Assembly: GCA_964383585.1 (NCBI GenBank)
Contig: CAYLHQ010000001.1
Span: forward strand, 69,530-133,529
DNA length: 64,000 nucleotides
From: an uncultured Acidobacteriota bacterium
GTDB lineage: Bacteria > Acidobacteriota > Polarisedimenticolia > Polarisedimenticolales > DASRJG01
Direction of reading: 5' to 3'
Both the position numbers and the translations under genes were made by a program. The notes beneath the pieces are model-generated. The model was not told where the DNA came from. It saw only the letters and a program-made list of their open reading frames with translations, and searched no databases. How positions within the stretch are numbered: the stretch's first letter is position 1; every line of letters starts with the position of its first letter. This document shows positions 10,052 to 19,946 of the stretch, in pieces.

Positions 10052-10758
10052 GCCGGGCGGTGGCGATCGCGACCGCGCTCGCCCTCTGCGGGTCCGCGCT
10101 CGCGAGGGAACCGGCCGACCCCGTCGAGGCACGCGCCTTCGAGATCCAGTTCCGCTCCCTCGCGGAGGCGTCGGATCTCGTGACCCCGCTCCTTTCGGCC
10201 GACGGGAGCGTCACCCTTCAGCCGCGCCTCGGCATCCTCACGGTTCAGGACCGGCGGAGCGTCCTCGAACGGATCGACGCGGTGCTCGACGATTTCGACG
10301 TCGCCCCGCGGAATGTCGAGGTCACCGTTGGCCTCTTCCTGGGCACCGACCGGCGCGACGCCGAGGCGGGGCGGGGCGCGGCGGAGGCGGTTCCATCGCG
10401 GGAGGTCCGCGGCGTGAGCGAGACGCTCGGCGACTTCACGAAGTGGAACGCCTACAGCCCCCTCGGCAGCCGCTCCGTCACCGCGGCGGAGGGGAGCCGC
10501 GTCGAGGTGCCCATCGGGGACGACTACCGCATCGCCTACGGGATCGAGGCGGTTCAGGAGCGGGGCGGAGGAACCAACGCGATGCTCCGGGGATTCACCT
10601 TGGAGCGTAGGACCGGCCCGCCGGACGCCCCGGTGTGGAGGCTCGTGTACCGGGCCGACATCCTCCTCCCTTCGGGGCGGATGCTCGTCGTGGGAGCCGC
10701 CCAGAACCCGGAGTCGAAGAAGGCGCTATTCGTGACGCTGAAGGCGGAGGCGAGGTAG
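10048..10758 (+). CDS. Secreted protein with a secretin N-domain (NolW-like) fold signature, a 'mini-secretin'
   Basis: GTG at 10048 overlaps the anti-sigma stop. Signal peptide AIATALALCGSALA. FEIQFRSLAEASDLVTPLLSADGSVTLQPRLGILTVQDRRSVLERIDAVLDDFD resembles a GspD/PilQ N1 domain. About 150 aa of beta-rich sequence follow, ending in ALFVTLKAE. Confidence 0.4.
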   Translation: MSRAVAIATALALCGSALAREPADPVEARAFEIQFRSLAEASDLVTPLLSADGSVTLQPRLGILTVQDRRSVLERIDAVLDDFDVAPRNVEVTVGLFLGTDRRDAEAGRGAAEAVPSREVRGVSETLGDFTKWNAYSPLGSRSVTAAEGSRVEVPIGDDYRIAYGIEAVQERGGGTNAMLRGFTLERRTGPPDAPVWRLVYRADILLPSGRMLVVGAAQNPESKKALFVTLKAEAR

Positions 10759-10760
10759 GA

Positions 10761-11978
10761 ATGCCGGAGTTCTGGTGCAAGATGGCCCTGCCGACCGGCG
10801 AAATCGTCGAGCGGGTCATGAACGCAGCGGACGAGTCGGTTCTCCGCAGGGACCTCGATTCGAAGGATTGCCTACTCCTGGACGTCAGGCGGCGAAACCC
10901 CCTCGTCGTCGCGCTGGGCGAGACCTTCCGGATCCGGCCGCGCGTCCACGCGCGGGAGTTCCTTTTCTTCAACCAGGAGTTCTCCGCCCTCATTCGCGCC
11001 GGCCTCCCGATCCTCGCGAGCCTCGACATCCTGATCGAGCGCCGCACGAACCCGACGTTCAAGCGGGCGCTCCTCGACATCCGCGACCGGGTGAAGGGGG
11101 GGGAGGCGTTGTCGGAGGCCTTCGCCGCCCAGGGAGGGCTCTTCCCGCCGCTTTACGCGTCGAGCCTCGCCTCCGGGGAGCGCTCGGGGGAGCTGCCGAC
11201 GGTCCTCAAGCGCTACATCGCCTACACGAGGAACATCCTCGCCATCCGGAAGAAGGTCACGTCCGCGCTCGTCTACCCGGCCATCCTCATGGCGCTCTCG
11301 GTCGTGCTGATCGCGATCATGGTCTTTTACGTGATCCCGAACTTCAGCGGGTTCCTGAGCGAGTTGGGGGTCGACCTCCCGGTGATCACGCAGATCATCA
11401 TGGCGGCCTCCCTCGCCCTCCGGGACAACCTCCCGCTCATCGCGGTGTCGCTCGTCGCGGCGGTCGTCGGGCTCCTCGTCTGGCGGCGCGCCGGCGCCGG
11501 CAGGGTCGCCGTCGACCGCTTCAAGCTGAGGCTCCCGCTCCTGGGGAGCGTGGCGCACGACTACGCGCAAAACCGGTTCACGCGGACGCTCGCGACCCTC
11601 GTCTCGGGCGGGATTCCCCTCGTCGTGTCGATCGAGCTCGCCGCCCGGGCCGTCGGGAACGCCTTCTACGAGCAGGAAATGCTCAAAGTCTCCGGTAAGG
11701 TCCGCGAGGGGCAGGCGCTCTGGGAGTCGCTCGAGCAGTCGGGGCTCGTCTCCGACATCGCGGTCGAGATGGTCAAGGTCGGCGAGTCGACCGGCGCACT
11801 CGTCGAAATGCTCGACAATACGTCGGAATTCGCCGAGGAGGAGATCGACTACCGGCTCAACAAGCTCGTGACCCTGATCGAGCCGCTCATGCTGATCTTC
11901 ATGGCGCTCGTCGTGACGGGGATGCTCCTGGCCTTCTACCTCCCGCTCATCCGGGCGGCCGCCGGTTCCCGGTTCTAG
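10761..11978 (+). CDS. pilC: Type IV pilus / T2SS inner-membrane platform protein (PilC/GspF family)
   Basis: Two GspF repeats (FFNQEFSALIRAGLPILASLDIL... and FTRTLATLVSGGIPLVVSIELA...) with three TM segments. Confidence 0.9.
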   Translation: MPEFWCKMALPTGEIVERVMNAADESVLRRDLDSKDCLLLDVRRRNPLVVALGETFRIRPRVHAREFLFFNQEFSALIRAGLPILASLDILIERRTNPTFKRALLDIRDRVKGGEALSEAFAAQGGLFPPLYASSLASGERSGELPTVLKRYIAYTRNILAIRKKVTSALVYPAILMALSVVLIAIMVFYVIPNFSGFLSELGVDLPVITQIIMAASLALRDNLPLIAVSLVAAVVGLLVWRRAGAGRVAVDRFKLRLPLLGSVAHDYAQNRFTRTLATLVSGGIPLVVSIELAARAVGNAFYEQEMLKVSGKVREGQALWESLEQSGLVSDIAVEMVKVGESTGALVEMLDNTSEFAEEEIDYRLNKLVTLIEPLMLIFMALVVTGMLLAFYLPLIRAAAGSRF

Positions 11979-11992
11979 GAAGGACGGACGCC

Positions 11993-13636
<1,644 letters not shown>

Positions 13637-13646
13637 CGGAGACACG

Positions 13647-14669
13647 TTGCGATTTCTCGACCCCATCCTCGCCCCCGTCCGGCGGCTCGGCCTCGAACGC
13701 CTGGTGGAGCTGCGGCCGGCATGGCCTCCGGTCGCGCTCGAGCTCGACCGGGGCGAGCTCGCGTGCGTGCGGGTCCGCCGGAAGGGCGGGAAGGCCGCCC
13801 TGGAGTCCCACGCGGTGCGGACCCTTCGTTCCCGTGCGGTCGGCGCTTCGATCTTCCGCCCGAACATGGGAGACCCGGAAGAGCTGGCGTCGAAGATCCG
13901 CGAGCTCCTCGAGGCGACCGGCACGAAACCGGGGAGAGTGTCCCTGGTCCTCCCGGACAACCTCGCGAAGGTCTCCATGGTCACTCTTCCCGAGCGGCCC
14001 GCGTCGAGGAAGCAATTGGACGAGGTGCTCCGCTTCAAGCTGCGGCGCTCGGTCCCGTTCCGCTTGGAGGACGCGGTCTTCTCGTGGCAAGTGATCCCCG
14101 ACGCGGCGCGCGAGACGACGGTCCTCGTCGCCGTGATGCTCCGGAGCGTCGTGGAGCAGTACGAGTCGGTCGTCGAATCGTTGGGGGCGAAGCCGGGTCT
14201 CGTCGACCTCTGCACGCCCGCGCTCTTCAACCTCTGCCGCGGAGACATGCTCGCGGCCTCCGCCGACGGCCAGGATGTCGCCCTCTTCAACGGCGCGCGA
14301 ACCTACTTCTCGCTTTTCATCGTGAGGCAGGGCAAACCCGTCTTTTTCCGCTGCAAGACCCTCCTCGCGAGGGACGACGACGAGACGCCGGCGGGGTTCT
14401 CCCATTCCGCCCTCTCGCGGGAACTCGTGACGTCGCTTTCCTACTACCAGGAGAAGCTGGGCGGCCAGGGAATCGGGACGACCTTCGTGCGCACCGTCTC
14501 CGAGCCGCTGGCGCGTCTGACGGAGATCCTGGAGCGCTCGGGGTTCGGGCGGGCGCTTCCGGTCGACCCCGCGGCGGCGCTCTCGCTCGGCGAGGGGCTC
14601 CGGCTCGACCCGGAGATGGCCCAGCGGATCGCGCCCGCGGTCGGCGCGGCCGCGGGGAGGGCGGCATGA
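13647..14669 (+). CDS. pilM: PilM-like actin-fold pilus assembly protein
   Basis: 340 aa cytoplasmic protein located immediately after PilB and before PilN/PilO. It shows the PilM-type pattern (LVLPDNLAKVSMVTLP...LRFKLRRSVPF). Confidence 0.6.
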   Translation: MRFLDPILAPVRRLGLERLVELRPAWPPVALELDRGELACVRVRRKGGKAALESHAVRTLRSRAVGASIFRPNMGDPEELASKIRELLEATGTKPGRVSLVLPDNLAKVSMVTLPERPASRKQLDEVLRFKLRRSVPFRLEDAVFSWQVIPDAARETTVLVAVMLRSVVEQYESVVESLGAKPGLVDLCTPALFNLCRGDMLAASADGQDVALFNGARTYFSLFIVRQGKPVFFRCKTLLARDDDETPAGFSHSALSRELVTSLSYYQEKLGGQGIGTTFVRTVSEPLARLTEILERSGFGRALPVDPAAALSLGEGLRLDPEMAQRIAPAVGAAAGRAA

Positions 14670-15373
14670 TCCCGGCGCTCGAGCTCAACCTCGCGACGCG
14701 GCCCTTCCGAAACAACGTTCCGCTCTGGATCGCGTACGGGGTCGGCGCGGCGTTCGTCCTCGGGTTCTCCGCATGGAACCTGTGGACCGCGATCGACCAG
14801 GCGCGCCGGCTCGCGGATCTCCGCGAGAGCATGTCCGTGATCGAGGCGAAGCTCGCCGATCTCGATGCGCGCGAGGCGAAGGCCCTCGCCGAGATCGCGA
14901 AGATCGACGTCGAGGCGCTCGCGATCCGGGCCGAGCGCGCGAACGACGTGATCGACCGGCGCGCCCTGTCTTGGACCCGGCTGTTCAACCGGATGGAGGA
15001 AGTGCAGCCCTACGAGGTTCGAATGGTCTCGATCCGGCCGGTCTACGCGGGGGGAGCACCGCAGCCGGGTCGCGACGCCGCCCCCGACGGCACCGTCCCG
15101 GTCGCGGTCGAGGGCGCCGCGCAAAGCCTCGAGGCGTTTCTCGAGTTCGAAAGGGAACTCGTGATGGACCCGCACTTCGCCCAGGTCGAGCCGGAGCGGA
15201 CGCAGATCGTGGAGGGCGGCGAGGTCCTTTTCACGCTGAACTTCCTGTACGACCCGGAGGGGAGGCTCGGAAGCGCCGGCCCGATCAAGCTCCCTCCGGT
15301 CCTTCCGGCCGTCGCGGAACTGGAGGCCGAGGAGGCCGCCGAGCGTGGCGGCGCCCCGGGGAAGGCGCCGTGA
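14666..15373 (+). CDS. pilN: PilN-like bitopic pilus alignment protein
   Basis: ATGA overlap with pilM. N-terminal LNLATRPFRN motif, one TM segment, a coiled coil and a C-terminal ferredoxin-like region. Confidence 0.6.
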   Translation: MIPALELNLATRPFRNNVPLWIAYGVGAAFVLGFSAWNLWTAIDQARRLADLRESMSVIEAKLADLDAREAKALAEIAKIDVEALAIRAERANDVIDRRALSWTRLFNRMEEVQPYEVRMVSIRPVYAGGAPQPGRDAAPDGTVPVAVEGAAQSLEAFLEFERELVMDPHFAQVEPERTQIVEGGEVLFTLNFLYDPEGRLGSAGPIKLPPVLPAVAELEAEEAAERGGAPGKAP

Positions 15374-15996
15374 CCCCCCGCCGCGCGCGCTTCGACATCC
15401 GGGAATCGGGACGGGCGATCGGCGCGTTCCTCGGGATCGGTCTCCTCGCGAATCTCCTGATCTTCACGCTGTGGATCCGGCCCCGGGAGAGGCACTTCGA
15501 TGCCCTCGATGCGGACGGCCGGCCTCGACTCGAGACCCTCAAGCGGCGGGAGGCCGCGGTCGAGGCCCGCGAGGCGTACCTCCAGGCGCTCCGGGACGCC
15601 GAGGCGAGCCTCGAGACGCTCCGGACGGACGTCCTCGCGACACGCGACCGCAGGATGATCGCGACCCAGCTCGAGATCGCGAGACTCGCGCGCGAGTTCG
15701 GGGTCGCCCTCGAGAGGATCCAGTACGAGAACGACATCCTCTCGGCGGAGGCGATCGAGCGGTTCGGCATGGTCGTGCCTCTCGAGGGGGGGTACGCGAA
15801 CCTCCGGAAGTTCATCCAGGCCGTCGAGGGATCCGACCGGTTCTTCGTGGTCGAACGCGTCGCCCTCGCGCAGGGGGAGGAAGGGGGCAGCGTCCTCCAG
15901 CTGAACATCACCCTCGCCACCTATTTCGATCATCCGCCGTCGCGCGAGGCGCGCGAGCGGGAGGAGCGGCGGCCGGTCCGGAGGAGATCCCGCTGA
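15370..15996 (+). CDS. pilO: PilO-like bitopic pilus alignment protein
   Basis: GTGA overlap with pilN. One TM segment, a long coiled coil, and a C-terminal region (VPLEGGYANLRKFIQAVEGSDRFFVVERVAL) typical of PilO/GspM. Confidence 0.55.
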   Translation: MTPRRARFDIRESGRAIGAFLGIGLLANLLIFTLWIRPRERHFDALDADGRPRLETLKRREAAVEAREAYLQALRDAEASLETLRTDVLATRDRRMIATQLEIARLAREFGVALERIQYENDILSAEAIERFGMVVPLEGGYANLRKFIQAVEGSDRFFVVERVALAQGEEGGSVLQLNITLATYFDHPPSREAREREERRPVRRRSR

Positions 15997-16628
15997 TGGC
16001 GAGGACCCTGAGCGGTCGCGAGAAGCGCCTCCTCGGCGCCCTTGCCGCGGCGACGGCGCTCTTCGTGTGGTGGCAGTGGTCGGGTGACGCCCCGGTCTCC
16101 CCGCAGGGCTCCGGCGCGGCGGTGGCGGACGCCGGAGCGCTCGACGCGCCTCCCCGAGTGAGGATGGACCTCCTCGCGCGGCAAGCGGAGGTCTACGACG
16201 GCAAGGGGCGCGACCTCTTCAAGTACGCGCCGCGGCCCCCGAGTCCAGCCGAGCTGCGCCGGCTCCGCGCGGAGGCGGAAGCCGCCCGCCGCGCCGAGGA
16301 GGAGGCCCGGAAGCGCGCGGAAGAAGAAGCGCGCCGCCGCGCGGAGGAAGAGGCGAGGCGCCAGGAGGAGTACGCGCGGAATCCGCCGCCTCCTCCCAAG
16401 CCGCAGCCGCCGGCGATCACCTTTCGCTACATCGGGAACTTCGGGCCGAAGGAGGAGCGGATCGTGGCGTTCGACGACGGCAAGGGGGTGTTCGTCGCCC
16501 GCGTCGGCGAGATCGTCCGGGAGCAGTTCCGCGTCGTGGACGTCAAGCACAACGCGGTCGTCATGGGGTACACGCGGCCGGAGTTCCAATCACAGGTCAA
16601 GGAGCTCCCTCTCTCGGGGGGGCGCTGA
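15996..16628 (+). CDS. PilP/GspC-HR-like protein with a charged repeat and a proline-rich linker
   Basis: N-terminal TM segment, a (RAEEEARR)n repeat, PPPPPKPQPP, and a C-terminal beta domain ITFRYIGNFGPKEERIVAFDDGKGVFVARVGEIVREQFRVVDV. Confidence 0.5.
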   Translation: MARTLSGREKRLLGALAAATALFVWWQWSGDAPVSPQGSGAAVADAGALDAPPRVRMDLLARQAEVYDGKGRDLFKYAPRPPSPAELRRLRAEAEAARRAEEEARKRAEEEARRRAEEEARRQEEYARNPPPPPKPQPPAITFRYIGNFGPKEERIVAFDDGKGVFVARVGEIVREQFRVVDVKHNAVVMGYTRPEFQSQVKELPLSGGR

Positions 16629-16638
16629 GGGCTCGGGG

Positions 16639-19056
16639 ATGAACTTGCACGCGATGCGGTGGACGAAGGCGGGGGCGGTGCTGATCGCGCTGGCGCTGGC
16701 GGCGGGTTGCGCCGCCCAGAAAGCGTATCAGCGCGCGGAAAAGGACGCCGGGCGCCAGAACTGGGACGCGGCGGTGCTCGGGTACAGCAAGGCGCTCGCC
16801 CTCGATCCCGGAAACACCCGGTACGGCGTCGCCCTCGAGCGAGCGAAGCTCAAGGCGTCGGCCGTGCACTTCCAGAAGGGGAAGCGCTACGCCCAGGGAC
16901 AGCAGTGGGAACTCGCGGCGGCGGAGTACCAACAGACCGTCCTCTTGAACCCGGGGAACCAGCACGCCCAGAACGAGCTCGAGAAGGCGCTCGTCGAGAT
17001 CGCGCGCCGCACCGACGGTCCCTCCGAGCTCGACCGGCTCAAGGAGAAGGCCCGGCGGGAAGCCCTCGCGCCGCCCAAGCTCTCGCCCAAGAGCAACATC
17101 CCGATCCTGCTCCAGTTCCGTGACCAGCCGCTCGGGAAGATCCTGGAGGGGATCAGCAAGGCCTCGCAGATCAACTTCATCTTCGACGACAAGGTCGACC
17201 TGAACAAGCCGATGACGATCGACATCGGGAACGTCACGATGGAGAAGGCGCTCGACATCCTGATGCTGCAGACGAAGAACTTCTACAAGGTGATCGACGA
17301 GAACACGCTGCTCATCGCCCCCGACCAGCGCCAGAAGAGGCAGGAACTGGACGACCAGGTGATCCGGACCTTCTACCTCTCGAACGGAGAGACGAAACAG
17401 GTGGTTTCGGTCCTCCGCACCCTCCTCAACGCGAGGCAGGTGGCCGAGAACGACACTCTGAACGCGGTCACGATCAAAGACACGCCCGACAAGGTCGCGA
17501 TCGCGGAACGGATCGTCGCCGCGAACGACAAGTCGAAGGGGGAAGTGATCGTCGACGTCGAGCTCCTCGAGATCAACCGGGCGACCGCGCAGAACCTCGG
17601 GATCGACCTCACGACGAAGACCTTGGTGCTCCGCTTCCAGGACGGCGACCGGCGCGTGGAGCTCAACAACCTCGATCAGCTCCGTCAGCAGGGGAACTGG
17701 TCGATCGGCCCGATCCCGTCGGTCGTCATCAACTTCCTCAAGACCGACTCGGACAGCAAGACGATCGCGAAGCCGCAGCTCCGCGTGACCGAAGGCGAAA
17801 AGGCGGAAGTCCTCATCGGGAACCGGGTCCCGATCCCGACCACCTCGTTCAACACCTCTCAGACCGTCGGCGGGAACATCGTGCCGATCACCTCCTTCAC
17901 GTACCAGAACGTCGGAATCACCCTCGGGATCGAGCCGCGCGTCCACCACAACAAGGAGATCACGCTCAAGGTCAAGACCGAGGTGAGCCAGATCGCGGGC
18001 TACGTCGAGGTCGAGAACAGCGCCGCCCAGCCGATCATCGGCACCCGGCAGATCGAAACGACGATCCGGCTCCGGGACGGCGAGACGAACCTCCTCGCCG
18101 GGCTCATCCGTCGCGAGGACCAGGACTCCCGAAGCGGGGTCGTCGGGCTGATCGACACCCCGGGGCTCGGGAGGATCTTCAGCAACAACCAGACGAACCT
18201 CCAAGAAACCGACATCATCTTGACGCTCACCCCGTACATCGTCCGGATCCCCGATATCACCGAGGAGGACTTGACGACCCTGTGGGTCGGGACCGAGGAG
18301 AACATGCGGCTCCGAGGTCCGGTCCGCGGCGTCCTCGGCGTTTCTCCGTTCGCGCCGGACGAGACCCCCGCCGAGGCTCCCGCCGCCGACGCGGCGCCCC
18401 GATCCACGGGTGCGGCGCTGCCCCCGCTGCCCGAGGAGACGACCGGCGGCGGGATCGTCGCGTCGACGCGTGCCCCGGGCGAGCCGCCGCCGCCGGCGCC
18501 GGAGATCGAGGAACCTCCTCCGTCCGCCCCCCCGGGGGAGTTCCCGGGGGAGGACGACGAGGGTCTCGAGATCCCCTCCGCCCCTCCCGGCGAGACGCCT
18601 TCCGAGCGGGAAGACGCCGGGGCCGTTCCGACGGGCCCGGCGACGGTCCGCATGATCCCGGGAGCCCCGTCCTATCGCGTCGGCGACCTCGTGACCGTCG
18701 AGGTGCGGATCGAGAACGCGAGCAACGTCGGGTCGGTGCCGTTCCACCTCCAGTTCAACCGGCAGGTGCTCGAATACGTCGGCCCCGCGGTCGAGGGGCC
18801 ATTTCTTTCCTCGGACGGGGCGAGCACGGTCTTCCTCGCGAATCCGTCCCAAGGAGGGACGAGCGTCGTCGTCGGGGCGTCGCGTCTCGGCGCGGGGGAA
18901 GGGGTCTCCGGGGCGGGGTCCCTCGCGACCTTCCAGTTCCAGGCCGTGAACCCCGGCGACGCCGGATTCGCGTTCACGGGGGCGAGCGTGAAGGACCCGC
19001 AGGCGAGAAACCTGCCCGCCAACTTCGTGGCGGCCCCCGTGAGGGTGGAGCCGTGA
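16639..19056 (+). CDS. pilQ: Secretin (PilQ/GspD family) lipoprotein with N-terminal TPRs and a C-terminal Pro-rich linker plus cohesin-like domain
   Basis: Lipobox LALAAGC. TPR-like repeats at roughly 16700-17000. N0/N1 domains. Secretin core ending GLGRIFSNNQTNLQETDIILTLTPYIVR. P/A/E-rich linker at roughly 18300-18640. Cohesin-like module from about 18643 (VGDLVTVEVRIENASNVGSVPFHLQFNRQVLEYVG...GSLATFQFQAVNPGDAGFAF). Confidence 0.9.
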   Translation: MNLHAMRWTKAGAVLIALALAAGCAAQKAYQRAEKDAGRQNWDAAVLGYSKALALDPGNTRYGVALERAKLKASAVHFQKGKRYAQGQQWELAAAEYQQTVLLNPGNQHAQNELEKALVEIARRTDGPSELDRLKEKARREALAPPKLSPKSNIPILLQFRDQPLGKILEGISKASQINFIFDDKVDLNKPMTIDIGNVTMEKALDILMLQTKNFYKVIDENTLLIAPDQRQKRQELDDQVIRTFYLSNGETKQVVSVLRTLLNARQVAENDTLNAVTIKDTPDKVAIAERIVAANDKSKGEVIVDVELLEINRATAQNLGIDLTTKTLVLRFQDGDRRVELNNLDQLRQQGNWSIGPIPSVVINFLKTDSDSKTIAKPQLRVTEGEKAEVLIGNRVPIPTTSFNTSQTVGGNIVPITSFTYQNVGITLGIEPRVHHNKEITLKVKTEVSQIAGYVEVENSAAQPIIGTRQIETTIRLRDGETNLLAGLIRREDQDSRSGVVGLIDTPGLGRIFSNNQTNLQETDIILTLTPYIVRIPDITEEDLTTLWVGTEENMRLRGPVRGVLGVSPFAPDETPAEAPAADAAPRSTGAALPPLPEETTGGGIVASTRAPGEPPPPAPEIEEPPPSAPPGEFPGEDDEGLEIPSAPPGETPSEREDAGAVPTGPATVRMIPGAPSYRVGDLVTVEVRIENASNVGSVPFHLQFNRQVLEYVGPAVEGPFLSSDGASTVFLANPSQGGTSVVVGASRLGAGEGVSGAGSLATFQFQAVNPGDAGFAFTGASVKDPQARNLPANFVAAPVRVEP

Positions 19057-19544
19057 CCTCGAAACCGCGTTCGCTCGCGCGATCGTCGCGGGGGCTCACC
19101 CTCGTCGAGCTCGTCGCCGCCTCGGCGGTCATGGCGATCCTGGCCGCGATCACTCTCCCGGTCGCGGCGACGATGGTGAAGCGGCAGAAGGAACTCGAGC
19201 TGCGCCGGAACCTCCGGACGATCCGGGAAGCGATCAACCGGTTTCACGACGACGTGGAGCGCTACCCGGGAATGCGCCAGAAGCTGAACGCGGTCAACGA
19301 GGACGGGTATCCGGAAGAGCTGGAGCACCTGTACGAAGGGTTCGACATCGGCGACGCGAAGGGGACCAAGCTCAAGTACTTGAGGCGCCTTCCCCGCGAT
19401 CCGATCACGGGGAAGGCGGAGTGGGGAACGCGCTCGAGCCGCGACCGGCCGGGCTCCGCGTTCTCGGACGGGATCAACGTGTTCGACGTATATTCGAAGA
19501 GCGACAAGACCGCTCTGGACGGGACCCCGTATGCGACGTGGTGA
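19053..19544 (+). CDS. Prepilin-type pseudopilin (GspG-like)
   Basis: GTGA overlap with the secretin gene. Class III signal ...SSRG/LTLVELVAASAVMAILAAI with Glu at +5. Contains YLRRLPRDPITG, a GspG-like motif. Confidence 0.8.
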   Translation: MTSKPRSLARSSRGLTLVELVAASAVMAILAAITLPVAATMVKRQKELELRRNLRTIREAINRFHDDVERYPGMRQKLNAVNEDGYPEELEHLYEGFDIGDAKGTKLKYLRRLPRDPITGKAEWGTRSSRDRPGSAFSDGINVFDVYSKSDKTALDGTPYATW

Positions 19545-19935
19545 GCGTGGAGGGGAACGCGGATTCACCCTCATCGAGCTCCTGGTCGTCGTGGCGATCA
19601 TCGGGATCCTCGCGACGGTGGCGGTGGGGAACTACCGCAGGAGCATCCGGAAGGCGCAGGAGGCGGCGCTCGCGCAGAACCTCTACGTCATGAGGACCCA
19701 GATCAACAACTACTTCGCCGACAAGCAGCGGTATCCGTCCGACCTGCAGGCGCTCGTCGACGACCGGTACCTCCGCGACGTACCGGTCGACCCGATCACG
19801 GGGAGCCGGGATACCTGGATCACCGAACCGGCCGACATGGGAGAGGAAGACATCTCCACCGAGCCGGGGATTTCGGACGTCCGGAGCGGCGCGGAGGGGA
19901 CGTCGCTCGACGGGCGTCCGTACGCCGAATTTTGA
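19531..19935 (+). CDS. Prepilin-type major pseudopilin (GspG-like)
   Basis: MRRGERGGERG/FTLIELLVVVAIIGILATVAV is a canonical N-methylation site with Glu at +5. Contains YLRDVPVDPITG. Confidence 0.85.
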   Translation: MRRGERGGERGFTLIELLVVVAIIGILATVAVGNYRRSIRKAQEAALAQNLYVMRTQINNYFADKQRYPSDLQALVDDRYLRDVPVDPITGSRDTWITEPADMGEEDISTEPGISDVRSGAEGTSLDGRPYAEF

Positions 19936-19946
19936 AGGAGGTTTCG

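Noticed and set aside
16597-18852. 751-aa minus-strand ORF opposite the secretin gene
   Set aside because: Shadow ORF. The plus-strand frame carries the complete secretin signature, and the antisense product is compositional junk.
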